A DNA stretch of 64,000 nt from a virus (lineage: Duplodnaviria; Caudoviricetes): IMG/VR virus record IMGVR_UViG_3300031993_000007. One strand, written 5' to 3'. The notes under the pieces were generated by a model. That model saw only the letters and a list, made by a program, of their open reading frames with translations, was not told the origin of the DNA and ran no database searches. Shown here piece by piece: positions 48,674 to 59,276 of this stretch. Every line of letters begins with the position of its first letter. Position 1 is the first letter of the stretch. The translations under genes and the position numbers were made by a program.

Positions 48674-49867
48674 CTAGTCGGCAATTGCCAACTGTACATC
48701 TTCTAGTTTGACATCTTCGTTCATACGGAGTTTGGCAAACTTGACAATCTTGGAAGGATAATCTAGGGCTGGGTCTGCAAGGAAAGCCAATTCATTTTCA
48801 GGCTCCGAACCTTCAGCAACTTCTTCAGCGCTGCTTTCAGTCTTAGATTCAGAGGCCAAAGTCTTGTCTGTTCCGAACATTGTGGAAATGTGTTTCTTTC
48901 CGGATACAAAATCCATCAAGATATGCTTCAATTCTGGATTCTTGCGAGCAAATCCGTTCGGAACGAAAAGCCTAAATGTGATGCTCTCGTCTTCAACCGT
49001 GCTAGAGATTTCCTTCATGGCAAGCTCAATGTTGCCAGAGTAGTCTGCAAAGATTCGTTCGACATCAATGGTCTTAAAGATCGGAGCCTTTTCGTTCTCA
49101 ATGAAATTAACTTCAGTGTCTCCAGTACTCTGGTCATACTGATAGTAATTGAATCCCTTAGCTTGGGGTTCACCCTGACCTTGGCGAGAGAACGATCCGT
49201 GGTAGTAGATCTTCTTTTTATAATCGCAAGCAGTGTGAATGTGGCCACCTGTAGCGATACCCTTGGTAATCCTTATAATGTCGTCGCTCTTGAATATCGG
49301 AGCCGACTCGATGGGCATTTCGCTTTCATACATTTGAGACTGGAAAGCTTGGAAGTCAAAAGTCCCGTGGAAGAATACCATATCGTAGGCTTTGTCAGGA
49401 GCATTGTAAATTGTCTCTGCGTAGAAATCCTTTTGCGATGCAGGATATTCTTCAGGGATGTAAAGGACTTTAAAGTCCGGAAACACTTCTTCAGTTGTGG
49501 CTGTAGTTACAGTCTTGAAGTGAGGCTTATCCATAAACATCACGCTAATGGTTTCAATCTGGCTACGGTCATGGGTAGCTGTACCTTTCATCAGACGAAG
49601 CTGAATGTTAAATCTTTCGCAGATATCAACGGTGCGGCTCAGACAGCCAAGCATGATTCTTGCAGATTCAGAGCTGAATCTCAATTCTTTATGAATGAGG
49701 TCTCCGGAGATTACAATCATGTCGATAGCTTCGCCGTTAGCTTCAATAAAGCCATTGAAGTATTCTTCATAAGCTTGGCCTAAAGCTACGTCATCACTTG
49801 CACCGAAGTGGAAGTCTCCAGCGTCAACGATGACATAATTAGAGTCGTCAAATTTCTTTGCGTTCAT
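48674..49867 (-). CDS. sbcD: SbcD/Mre11-like nuclease
   Basis: DFHFG, SGDL, GTATHD, FHG, GGHIH, YHGS metallophosphoesterase motifs. Confidence 0.88.
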   Translation of the reverse strand: MNAKKFDDSNYVIVDAGDFHFGASDDVALGQAYEEYFNGFIEANGEAIDMIVISGDLIHKELRFSSESARIMLGCLSRTVDICERFNIQLRLMKGTATHDRSQIETISVMFMDKPHFKTVTTATTEEVFPDFKVLYIPEEYPASQKDFYAETIYNAPDKAYDMVFFHGTFDFQAFQSQMYESEMPIESAPIFKSDDIIRITKGIATGGHIHTACDYKKKIYYHGSFSRQGQGEPQAKGFNYYQYDQSTGDTEVNFIENEKAPIFKTIDVERIFADYSGNIELAMKEISSTVEDESITFRLFVPNGFARKNPELKHILMDFVSGKKHISTMFGTDKTLASESKTESSAEEVAEGSEPENELAFLADPALDYPSKIVKFAKLRMNEDVKLEDVQLAIAD

Positions 49868-50039
49868 AGTGGGTTTCCTTTTGGTAATGCAAATTGATGT
49901 TGAAGCTGTCTGTTCTTTGCACGTTTGCCCGCGCTTTATAAAGATTTTTTAAGTATACAAAAGTATAGTAATAAATAAAAATAAATTATTTTTATAAAAG
50001 ATTTATGATTTTAAACATAATATTGAACCGGATAAACTT

Positions 50040-50975
50040 ATGAGAAAACTTTCAGAAATTTCAGCTTTAAATAAAGATACCCTAAAGGATATCGGAGCCG
50101 CCTTAAGCAATGTTAAGCTTCAAGATTGCATGGTGAAGATTTCTCAGATGGAAGATTCTGTAAGAGCTATCACTAAGAAAGAAAATCGTCCGCTGAAAAA
50201 TCGTGTTATCAACGATCTTAAAGATGGATTGATTATCCCGGTCTTTGATCCGACTGGTCTATCGAGTATTCCTGTCTTCATTCCGTTCTGGATTTCAAGC
50301 TATAACGGAAAGGTTGTGTGCGTCGTGAACCTTACTCAACGAGGCAGACAAGATAAAAAGACTGGTGAAATCGTAGTCCATCCTAAAACACTTTTTAGTT
50401 TGTTGATGTGCGGCACAGTAATTCGTCAGATGACGGTTAATGAGCACAACATCATGGGAAGCACTAAACTGCTTACCTCTTTATCCAAAATTTATTCTAG
50501 GATTTTTACAAAGATCCTTGATAAAAATTTCGCAATCTCTGCGAATGATCTGTATCTAGATCAGATCCGTTATCTAACTGCAAAATTCTTCCTTGTCTCT
50601 ATAGTCGGCAAGCCTAATACGCCGTCTATCAGCGATATAGCAGCTAAGAGTATCGGAACATCTAGTATTCAAGGTGTTCGACAGGTTGATGCGATGATGC
50701 CAACAGAAGCTTATACTAATCTAGTGACCTTCACTATGGCTCTAGGTGATGTATTTAAGCGTATGGCTCGCCTAAACACGAGACTCCTTTTAGGGGATAC
50801 CGTGAAGACGTACTCGGCGGTTTCGTTTCTTATCCTCGAGTATTGTCCTTACTTTGTAGCTAATATTCTTCTGGCCCAGACGTCCGCCGGAATCAACAAC
50901 GAATTTAGCTACGATGCGGTGCTGGATAAAGATGGGTTAGCAGTCTACTCCGAGATGGCTCGGCTTATTCAGTAA
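50040..50975 (+). CDS. Hypothetical late (probably virion) protein
   Basis: 311 aa; AACAtaatatTG at 50014-50025. Confidence 0.7.
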   Translation: MRKLSEISALNKDTLKDIGAALSNVKLQDCMVKISQMEDSVRAITKKENRPLKNRVINDLKDGLIIPVFDPTGLSSIPVFIPFWISSYNGKVVCVVNLTQRGRQDKKTGEIVVHPKTLFSLLMCGTVIRQMTVNEHNIMGSTKLLTSLSKIYSRIFTKILDKNFAISANDLYLDQIRYLTAKFFLVSIVGKPNTPSISDIAAKSIGTSSIQGVRQVDAMMPTEAYTNLVTFTMALGDVFKRMARLNTRLLLGDTVKTYSAVSFLILEYCPYFVANILLAQTSAGINNEFSYDAVLDKDGLAVYSEMARLIQ

Positions 50976-51068
50976 TTTCCCCTGGCCCTTACGATGCGTC
51001 GTAAGGGCCTTTCCTTTGCAAGTCCAGAACATTCGAACAGACTATTGTAAATAAGGAACCCACCACCT

Positions 51069-51638
51069 ATGAAACGCACCATTGTTGTCTTCGACATGTT
51101 ATACCTTCTTGCTTTCAGCAGGGAGTCAGACTTTGACAAAATTCTTACAGGTTTAGCCCAAGCTAAGGCTAAGCCTATTTATTCGCCGTTTCAAGCTTTG
51201 AATGAATACAGCGGAACGGAACAGATTGTAAGCATAGATGCCTACTTTGATTATCAGCCTGACTACACGGGAGAAGTCGTCGAAAAATTCTCTTGGCTGA
51301 ATCTTGTCTTAGGCACAGTCGCATGGACTTATCCGTGGGATATATTACCTAAAGATGCAATCGAGAAATGGTCTATGGATAGGAACGTTAAAGATGGCGG
51401 CAAAGTGCGATGTATCCGCAAGAGCTATCCGTCTCAAGACTTGCTAAATTCAAGTAATGTCTTCATAGAATTTAGTAAGTACACCTATAACAGATTGCCA
51501 AGGCCAGCTAAGGATTATATCCGAAGCGAGGGCTTGATCCCTATCAACGCCGATCGTCTTGAGCCAATGCAATTTGACTCTGATAAAGACTTTGGACAAG
51601 AAATTTTTAACCCTTATTCCTACTTCAGCAAGGTATAA
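51069..51638 (+). CDS. Hypothetical protein
   Basis: 189 aa; AACAgactatTG at 51036-51047. Confidence 0.7.
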   Translation: MKRTIVVFDMLYLLAFSRESDFDKILTGLAQAKAKPIYSPFQALNEYSGTEQIVSIDAYFDYQPDYTGEVVEKFSWLNLVLGTVAWTYPWDILPKDAIEKWSMDRNVKDGGKVRCIRKSYPSQDLLNSSNVFIEFSKYTYNRLPRPAKDYIRSEGLIPINADRLEPMQFDSDKDFGQEIFNPYSYFSKV

Positions 51639-51640
51639 CC

Positions 51641-54427
51641 ATGAAAATCACCCACGCAAGATTTGAAAACTTTGCAGGTTTCTTGACCGGAATGAACCTC
51701 AAGGTTTTGGAATTGGACTTTGAAAACAATGCAGGCCCTAATTCTATCAACATGATCTTCGGTCGTAATTATAGCGGCAAGAGCTGTTTGGTATCTGTCT
51801 TACAACCGTTTCCGGGAACTAATGACAACCGTAAAAACATCATCGTAGACAAGACTGACGGACGTAAGACTATCGAATTCCTCCGTGAAGATGGAAAGAG
51901 ATTCAAGATTGATATCCGCTATCTATACGATGCCAAGGAAAATGAGCATAAAGAAAAGTGCCATTTCTATGCTCAAGAAGGCGAGAACTGGAAAAATCTC
52001 AATCCGTCTGGCAGAATCACCTCGTATACCGATCTGGTAGAAGAACATCTTAGGGTCACAAAAGACTACTTCACAGTAGGTCGCATCGGTGGTGTAAGCA
52101 ATTTTATCGATCTGTCTAAGAGCAATCGTAAGAAATACATCGCTAACTTCCTGCCGGATATAGATCCGTATCTGAAGATCCACAAGACAGCTGGAGAAAA
52201 GTATACTGCTCTTAAAAAGAGTATGACTACCTTTAGCGATGAGCTTATTAAGCTTCAACCTGCTGAAATTTGTGCAGCTTCTATCATAGACACCGAGTCT
52301 AAGCTTGAAGAAAAGAATGCAGCGCTTGGAAAGGAACAGACTAAGTATGGATCTCACAAGGGCGTTATTGACCATATTCTTTCTGAGACTGATGCCACTA
52401 TTCCAGAACTCCGTGACTTTGCCAGAACTGGTGTTAATCCTTTCGAAAAGCAACACAAGGAATTGTCTGAAAAAGTTGCCCTGATGGAGAGCGCTCTTCC
52501 CGACAATTTTAATGAGGTCACTAATGCCGCTGAATTGGCTTCTTTGAAATCTGAACTTGAAAGCAATAAAATCGCTCTGTCTAGAGCCGAAGCTAACGAA
52601 GTCAATGCTAAGAGCGCTCTCGTTGGAGCAGAAGACAACCTAAATAGCATTAAGGCTGACTTGGCTGCTATTGAGAACCAGAATCGGGAATATCAGAACC
52701 AGAAAGAGACCGTAGAACGTCTTAAGTCTGAAGTAGAAGAAGACAAGAAGAGTATCCGTAAGGAATTCTCCTCTCCGAAGTTTAACAGATTCTCCAACTA
52801 CGGAATTCGTGAGATTGAAACTCTCAAGAGAGAAACTACCGAAGCTCGTCGTCTGATTAACGATATTCGCCGATCCGCCGAAGATGCTGGTATTAATGGC
52901 ATTGATTACTTTAACAAGGCAGAAATTGATAAGGCCTTGTTTGACAGCCGTAACGTCATTAAGGCCCATGAAAAGGTTGCTGAAAGGGTTGCTGAGTATC
53001 AGGCTAGAATTCCGGATCTTCAGAAGGCTATCAAGCTTGAAGAAGTCTTGGATAAGCGTCCAGCTAGCTGCCGAAATGATGAATGCCCGTTTATTGCAGC
53101 TGCTCTGAATTCAAAGGGTAGTAAGGCCGAACTGAGCCGTATCAAAATCTTCCTTGAGAGTGATGACGTTCGTAACCACGATGCCAATGAAGCTCAAGTA
53201 GAGATTGAGCGTCGTAAGTTTGCATTTCTTGAAAGCTTTGGCAAGATTTACGAAGACTTCCGTGCGTCTTGTAAGAAGATGCTCAGTCTCCGTCTTGTGA
53301 CCAAAATCCAGGAAATCATTGATATCCCTGAACGATTTGTGGAAATAGTTAATAGCTCCGAATTCGATTTGAAGGATGCCTTTGATATCTCTGATATTGA
53401 CGCTTTTGTCACTAGCCAAGTGAATTACCAAGAGAAGTCCAGACTTCTGAGCGAAGCTGTTAAGGTTCTGAACGGCATGAAGAGTGTTGAAACCTTTGTG
53501 GCTTCTAACACTGATAAGAAGACTCAGGCCGAAACTGAACTAAAGAAGGCCGCAGAAAAGCTCAACGAAGCTACAGGACAGGTGGTCATCCTTCGTGATA
53601 CTATTGCTGAGATCCTGAGCAAGATTTCTAAGCTGGAACTAGCCGAAACTGCCTTCAAGCGTATCGCAGAAAAGAAAGATGAGCTTGAAAAACTTCAGAC
53701 TAAGATTCAGCTCATGACCGGATATGTCAGCCAGATTGAGACTAACCGTAATGCGATGCTAGAGTCTAACAAGGCTTTGTCTGTCTTGAGGGATGAAATT
53801 CGTGACCTTGAAAAGATCCGTGACGAATGGAATATCCAGATCAACAAGCGCAAAGAGCTTGAAGAAAAGATCGCAAAGATTGAAGCGGAATTCAGGACTG
53901 TCGATATTGTCAAGAGAGCTACGGACACCGTCAAGGGAATTCCTATCTATCTAATTGATACATACCTTGAAGACATTCGCATTCGGGCTAATCACCTTTT
54001 GGATCTTACTTTCCACGGTGGATTTAGGCTCGACAAGTTTGTCATTGACGAAAAAGAATTCGCCATTCCAGTTATCAAGGGTGATGGAAGCCGTCTTAAA
54101 GACTGTCTGGAAGGCTCCGGCGCAGAACAGTCTTTCATCAAGGAAGCTATCTCGTTTGCGATCATTGAAAAGGCTATCAAGGGTTACAACATCATAAGTC
54201 TTGACGAAGTTGACGGAGTTCTTGATGCCAACAACCGCATGGGATTCATCAAGATGCTCAAGCAGCAGATTGAGGAGCTTGGAGTCGAGCAGGTTTTCAT
54301 TATCAGCCATGTTCGTGAATTCCTGAATGATGATTTGAACCTCATCTTGCTCCGAGACCACGGAATTGAAACTGACGACGAAGTCTTTATGTCCAATAAG
54401 CACGTTGTTTTCAATTTCTATGCGTAA
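51641..54427 (+). CDS. sbcC: SbcC/Rad50-like SMC ATPase
   Basis: GRNYSGKS Walker A, coiled coils with central CRNDEC hook, SGAE signature, SLDEVD Walker B, IISH. Confidence 0.9.
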   Translation: MKITHARFENFAGFLTGMNLKVLELDFENNAGPNSINMIFGRNYSGKSCLVSVLQPFPGTNDNRKNIIVDKTDGRKTIEFLREDGKRFKIDIRYLYDAKENEHKEKCHFYAQEGENWKNLNPSGRITSYTDLVEEHLRVTKDYFTVGRIGGVSNFIDLSKSNRKKYIANFLPDIDPYLKIHKTAGEKYTALKKSMTTFSDELIKLQPAEICAASIIDTESKLEEKNAALGKEQTKYGSHKGVIDHILSETDATIPELRDFARTGVNPFEKQHKELSEKVALMESALPDNFNEVTNAAELASLKSELESNKIALSRAEANEVNAKSALVGAEDNLNSIKADLAAIENQNREYQNQKETVERLKSEVEEDKKSIRKEFSSPKFNRFSNYGIREIETLKRETTEARRLINDIRRSAEDAGINGIDYFNKAEIDKALFDSRNVIKAHEKVAERVAEYQARIPDLQKAIKLEEVLDKRPASCRNDECPFIAAALNSKGSKAELSRIKIFLESDDVRNHDANEAQVEIERRKFAFLESFGKIYEDFRASCKKMLSLRLVTKIQEIIDIPERFVEIVNSSEFDLKDAFDISDIDAFVTSQVNYQEKSRLLSEAVKVLNGMKSVETFVASNTDKKTQAETELKKAAEKLNEATGQVVILRDTIAEILSKISKLELAETAFKRIAEKKDELEKLQTKIQLMTGYVSQIETNRNAMLESNKALSVLRDEIRDLEKIRDEWNIQINKRKELEEKIAKIEAEFRTVDIVKRATDTVKGIPIYLIDTYLEDIRIRANHLLDLTFHGGFRLDKFVIDEKEFAIPVIKGDGSRLKDCLEGSGAEQSFIKEAISFAIIEKAIKGYNIISLDEVDGVLDANNRMGFIKMLKQQIEELGVEQVFIISHVREFLNDDLNLILLRDHGIETDDEVFMSNKHVVFNFYA

Positions 54428-54462
54428 GCTTATATTAAGCTATGTATCCCAAAGAGGTAAAA

Positions 54463-56298
54463 ATGGAAAAATTCCTGTTAGAAATAACAACAGATGGCAT
54501 AAATGATGGAACCCAGAATCTAGACGAGATCCTGAAAAGGGTTATGGACTACATTCTGGTTCCTGATCATGTTTCAGAACACAAAGCTTGTACTTGTACA
54601 ATTGACGGTACTGAAATGCGATTGGGAAAGCTTGTTCCGAACTTGTTCTTCCTGAGAATATTGCAAAAGTATGGTATTCCCATTGAAGCTTCGGACTTCT
54701 TCGATTTCGTTGAGGCCAAGCAGCTTGAGAATTACATTAACAAGATTTCTGAGAAAGCAGAAGTTTACAAGGACAACATTGACCTTGAAACTCTGAAGGC
54801 CGAGCTCACAAAGTCTATTGTAGAGCTGTCCGACTTCACTGTAAAGGTTAACACCCTTGTTGGCATCACAGTGAATTTGTCTTCCCTTGGTCAACTGGCA
54901 GCTAGAAACCCGAAGATCAAGGAACTGCTGAACTTCACCATTCCGGAAGGTTTGGAGCTTAACGATATTGAAAAAACTGTTGACGAACATGTTAAGGCTA
55001 TTAACGAAATTCTGAAGAAAGAGGAAAGTGTCTACAGGCCGCTTCTGCTCGGAGGTGCTGTTAATGCCCGTCAGCTTGGTCAGACGTTTGTAAATGTCGG
55101 CTTGAAGCCGGATATTGAAGGAAATGTTATCCCTGAACCAGTTAACACCAGTTTCATCCGTGGTCTCAGGGGTAGGCAGGACTTCAAGACATGTGCAATC
55201 GGAGCTAGAAAGGCTCTGGTTATCTCTCATAAGCAGGTGCGAAACAGTGGTTATCTTTCTAGAAAGCTGCTTCTGCTTGCTGGGGAAACACAGCTGGATA
55301 CAACTTGTGAATGCTGTAACACTAAGCACTTCTTGCCAGTGGACTTCAAGACTGAAGATGTCTATAAGAGATTCGTTGGCAGGTATACCTCGGACGGCAC
55401 TCTGATTACCGAGGATCCTGAACAGATGAAGTCCTTTATAGGACGGACAGTCGAAATGCGTTCTCCGATTACTTGCGCATCTCCAACTGGAATTTGTAAG
55501 AAGTGCTATGGCGACCTATGGAAATTCAATGTCGAATACAATATCGGCATTATCTCCGTGCTGTTGCTAACTAATCAGCTTACACAGATGTTGTTGTCCT
55601 CTAAGCATCTTCTCATGGCTAAAACAGAGAAGATTGAATGGAGTCCTGAATTTGAAAGGGCATTCTCGATCGACAAGAACGAGGTATACCCGAACTTGGA
55701 AACTACGAAGATCGCAATCGCTGTATCAGATGTCTATGAAGACGATGAAGGTGACTTGTTTACCAACCGCTTCTCTGCTAAGGTTGCTAACAAGAAAGTC
55801 GTCATTACCACACCGAAAAAGATGTTCCTTAATAAGGAAGATGCGAAAAAGTTTGAGACCGAGCCTAAGGAAGTGCAGCTTTATGTAGATAACAATGAAA
55901 GCTGCTTCTTCATGAAGACAAGGAATATCGAGCTTGGAAGCACCTTGGCAGCATTGATCGACCTTCTCCAGAAGCCCAGCCACGGCGGATTTGATAATGA
56001 TTGGGTAGGCATAGCTAACAGCTTTATCGACAAAGTTTCGGAAAGCAAGTTGACACTTATGGCCGTCCATGCAGAAGTCATTCTCCGGTGTCTGGTGAAG
56101 TCCATAGAGACAGAACGATTCCCAGATTGGTCTCAGGATGAAGCTCCGGCGGTGTTCGTGGATTATGTGTCTAACGCAATCATGAACTCTGAAGAGCTTT
56201 CGACATCGTTGAGCTTCGAACAAATCAAGAAGCAGCTTAACAATGTCAAGACATATGAGAAAACAAAGGCGGGTATCTATGATCCGCTGTTCGTTTAA
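54463..56298 (+). CDS. rpoC: RNA polymerase beta' subunit, C-terminal part
   Basis: SFIRGL..GARKAL..SGYLSRKL (bridge helix), MRSPITC..GICKKCYG, LTQ.LLSSKH (trigger loop); GAGG RBS before ATG 54463; TATATTAA at 54431. Confidence 0.9.
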   Translation: MEKFLLEITTDGINDGTQNLDEILKRVMDYILVPDHVSEHKACTCTIDGTEMRLGKLVPNLFFLRILQKYGIPIEASDFFDFVEAKQLENYINKISEKAEVYKDNIDLETLKAELTKSIVELSDFTVKVNTLVGITVNLSSLGQLAARNPKIKELLNFTIPEGLELNDIEKTVDEHVKAINEILKKEESVYRPLLLGGAVNARQLGQTFVNVGLKPDIEGNVIPEPVNTSFIRGLRGRQDFKTCAIGARKALVISHKQVRNSGYLSRKLLLLAGETQLDTTCECCNTKHFLPVDFKTEDVYKRFVGRYTSDGTLITEDPEQMKSFIGRTVEMRSPITCASPTGICKKCYGDLWKFNVEYNIGIISVLLLTNQLTQMLLSSKHLLMAKTEKIEWSPEFERAFSIDKNEVYPNLETTKIAIAVSDVYEDDEGDLFTNRFSAKVANKKVVITTPKKMFLNKEDAKKFETEPKEVQLYVDNNESCFFMKTRNIELGSTLAALIDLLQKPSHGGFDNDWVGIANSFIDKVSESKLTLMAVHAEVILRCLVKSIETERFPDWSQDEAPAVFVDYVSNAIMNSEELSTSLSFEQIKKQLNNVKTYEKTKAGIYDPLFV

Positions 56299-56486
56299 TG
56301 GAGACAACAATGGCTAAAAGTAATCTTAAGAAGCATTACAAGAAACAGGAAGAAGTCCTTGGCAAAGCCATCGATAATACTGCAAGTAGCCTTACAAGCG
56401 TTGCTAGTGGTCTGATTGGAGGCTTGCTCTCAGCGGCTGCTGAGACTGTAAAGGAAAGCTTGTTCAAGAATGACGAAGAAGATTAG
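56298..56486 (+). CDS. Small hypothetical protein
   Basis: 62-aa ORF coupled to beta'. Confidence 0.55.
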   Translation: METTMAKSNLKKHYKKQEEVLGKAIDNTASSLTSVASGLIGGLLSAAAETVKESLFKNDEED

Positions 56487-56556
56487 AACCTAAGCAGGGT
56501 TGTCATGGCTAGAAATAGCTGTGGCAATCTTTATTTTTTAACACGAGGATAAATCA

Positions 56557-56676
56557 ATGAGTAACAAAGAAGATTTCACCGTTGCAAATGAAGATGTGAA
56601 GCTCTCTCAAGAACTTCCCAAGGAAATCAAAAAAGAAATTGCTGCCGAAAAGTCCAAGAAGGATAATGATAAGTAA
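56557..56676 (+). CDS. Small charged hypothetical protein (39 aa)
   Basis: GAGG RBS, MSNKEDFTV..KKDNDK*; overlaps the helicase start. Confidence 0.5.
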   Translation: MSNKEDFTVANEDVKLSQELPKEIKKEIAAEKSKKDNDK

Positions 56677-58174
56677 TCCTATTGGGGCTCAAGCAGCCCC
56701 TTCTTTAGGCAAACAGGTAGTAGTTCGCAATACCAGAATTGATCTGGTAAATGTTTCACGGTCTGATGTGGCAGCAATCAGTAAGTATCTGACCGTCTAT
56801 GACAGCTACTCCAAATGGCCAAGAGTACTCTGGAGAGCCGTAACGGAACGCCAAGATGACAAGAACAACTATGTGGCATCTGTTCCAAGATACATTCCTA
56901 AGCGTATATTTTCAGAGTGCATTAACAATGGCTTTGAACTGGTCAGAGACACTTCCGATGCTATAGATCCAGGCCAAAATCTTGAAATTAACTTTTCTGG
57001 AACCCCTAAGGGCGATCTTCAAAATCGAGCTATCTCGTATATGTTCGACAATGATTGGAAATTCAGAGAACCTACACGAATTCTTGATCTTCCGGTCGGA
57101 GAAGGAAAGACCTTCTTGGCTTTATATGCTATGTCTATCTTAAAGAGAAAGCCTTTGATCATCGTCCACAAGGTTCCGATGATAGACACTCCTTGGAAGA
57201 AAGACATCCAGAAATTTACCGATATCAGAGCCGAAGAAATCGGTATCATCCAAGGTGAAGACTCCTTTGCAAAGCTATTGAAGCATCCAGAGAAATACAA
57301 GGCTTTCATAGCGGTTCATCGCACGATTGAAAATTTCCTAAACCGAAACGGGGCTTATGAAGCCTTCCGTGAGCTTATCAGTAAACTCAGAATAGGATTT
57401 ACGATCATCGATGAAGCTCACAAAGAACTGCTTAGCTCTTTCTTCATTTCCATGTATAATCCCTGCCCATTTAGTCTGTACATTACAGCAACACTGGGCC
57501 GAACCGATTATCAAGAAGCTAAAGTGTTCAATGTGCTCTTGCCTATCGATCATAGCTTTGCATCTAACAATTACGTCTCTACACGAAAGTTTGTAACCTA
57601 CTGTCCACGTCCATTTTCTAGTCATCCTTCAGAGAAATGGATCAAGACAATGGCTAATGCTACTGGAGTGAAGATGAATTTGTATTGCAACTATCTCTGC
57701 GAAGATGAGGAAGCAATTACTAATCTTTACAACGGGATCACTACTGCCATTAAGGATACTCTCAAGGCAGATCCAACTGCTAAGATCGCAATCTTGCTTG
57801 GAACCTTGGAGCTTGTACAACTGATCCGTGACGGTCTGGTAGAAGACTTTGGTGACGGCGCTATCGGAAACTTTACGAGCTTAATTCCTGTCAAACAGCG
57901 AGTAAAGGAACTTGAGAAGCAGATTATCGTGTCTACTGAAAAGAGTATGGATTCCGCTCTTGATACCGAAGTCAGTTCGATTATCATGTGTGTTCCGGTA
58001 ACTAGCGAAGTTCAGCTCACTCAGATCATTGGCCGAATCCGCTACAAGGAAGACAAGCCTAATCGTAAGTATCTGGTATACGACGTGTTTGATACCTCCT
58101 TTAAAAAGACGCTTAACAATTTCAAGCAGCGTTCTAAGGTTATCAAACGAGACATCAGTGTCGAAGTAGCTTAA
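56666..58174 (+). CDS. Superfamily 2 (UvsW-like) helicase
   Basis: LPVGEGKT, IIDEAH, ITAT, QIIGRIR. Confidence 0.88.
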   Translation: MISNPIGAQAAPSLGKQVVVRNTRIDLVNVSRSDVAAISKYLTVYDSYSKWPRVLWRAVTERQDDKNNYVASVPRYIPKRIFSECINNGFELVRDTSDAIDPGQNLEINFSGTPKGDLQNRAISYMFDNDWKFREPTRILDLPVGEGKTFLALYAMSILKRKPLIIVHKVPMIDTPWKKDIQKFTDIRAEEIGIIQGEDSFAKLLKHPEKYKAFIAVHRTIENFLNRNGAYEAFRELISKLRIGFTIIDEAHKELLSSFFISMYNPCPFSLYITATLGRTDYQEAKVFNVLLPIDHSFASNNYVSTRKFVTYCPRPFSSHPSEKWIKTMANATGVKMNLYCNYLCEDEEAITNLYNGITTAIKDTLKADPTAKIAILLGTLELVQLIRDGLVEDFGDGAIGNFTSLIPVKQRVKELEKQIIVSTEKSMDSALDTEVSSIIMCVPVTSEVQLTQIIGRIRYKEDKPNRKYLVYDVFDTSFKKTLNNFKQRSKVIKRDISVEVA

Positions 58175-58235
58175 ATCTCGGGAAGCATATGCTTCCCGAT
58201 TTTCAACACTTTATTGAATAAATCCAAGGTAGATT

Positions 58236-59240
58236 ATGTTTTTAGATATTAAAGCCCCTTTGTCTTTTGAAGAAAAGATGATTCAATTCAAATCTGGTTT
58301 AAGCATATCAACGTTCCTTAGCAACGTATGCGACAGACTCAACAGTAACGGATCCGATATCATTCCTCCTCAGCAACCGATCGGTAATGGTCAGCCTGCT
58401 CCAGAGAATACCGCTAGAGAGAAACTTGAAAAGCACTGGAGAGAAGTCATCCGTAATGCTTCCGATCTATTGGCAGAAAACCAAGATCTAAAGGAAAAGT
58501 TCCAGAAGACTGCGGTTGACGACCAGATGAAGAAGGCACAATCCGACCAAGAATTCATCAAGGAAAACTCTGAAGCTATTACTGATATTGACCAGCAAGT
58601 GCCGGATGGTGCTATTGCTCATATTGATCCGTACATTTTGCAGATCAAGGGTCAAAAGATGGACTTCAGCCGAGTCTTGTCTTCGTTTATGTCGGAATAC
58701 CTACTTCCTAAGTTTACCTTGATTTCTAGTGGAAGGGTTAAAGAAGCAGGTCTGGAAGACTGGGAAGCTGCCTTTTGGAAGGCTGCATCCAATTCTGGGC
58801 AGAAACCCGATACTTCTGAAACGGATCTTCCGATTGACGCTGATCTTTGGAATTCCTGTCGAGAGCTGTTTGGCCTTGAAGGCGCTACAGAAATTCGTCG
58901 TACTGTAGATCCTCTTGAAGGTTTCAATGAGAAGGTTCACAAGTACGCCAATGCAGCTATCAGTAAGCTTACCATGACTCTGGTCGATGTTACATCGGCA
59001 GAGCCGAAGGCTAAGCCTGGGTCGCTTGAAGTTCAAGGAAACAATCTTAAGCGCTACATAGAACTTTCTACAGAAATCAGTCAGGCTTATCAGCTGCTTC
59101 TGAAGCTTTGTACCGACAAGTATAATGTAGCCAGTAGTGTTGTTCGCAGTGTGACGTTGTATTACCAACAGATACAGAACAACAGCAATGCCAAGACTAA
59201 AGAAGAAGTAGCTTCTGAAATGGCTGCACTACAATTTTAA
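58236..59240 (+). CDS. Putative virion/head protein
   Basis: 334 aa; AACActttatTG at 58205-58216; starts MFLDI. Confidence 0.6.
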   Translation: MFLDIKAPLSFEEKMIQFKSGLSISTFLSNVCDRLNSNGSDIIPPQQPIGNGQPAPENTAREKLEKHWREVIRNASDLLAENQDLKEKFQKTAVDDQMKKAQSDQEFIKENSEAITDIDQQVPDGAIAHIDPYILQIKGQKMDFSRVLSSFMSEYLLPKFTLISSGRVKEAGLEDWEAAFWKAASNSGQKPDTSETDLPIDADLWNSCRELFGLEGATEIRRTVDPLEGFNEKVHKYANAAISKLTMTLVDVTSAEPKAKPGSLEVQGNNLKRYIELSTEISQAYQLLLKLCTDKYNVASSVVRSVTLYYQQIQNNSNAKTKEEVASEMAALQF

Positions 59241-59276
59241 AATATCCCGATATCCTTATGGATATCGGGTAAATTT

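Noticed and set aside
49925-50030. Very AT-rich gap as a replication origin
   Set aside because: Explained by divergent promoters between sbcD and the 311-aa gene; no iterons seen.
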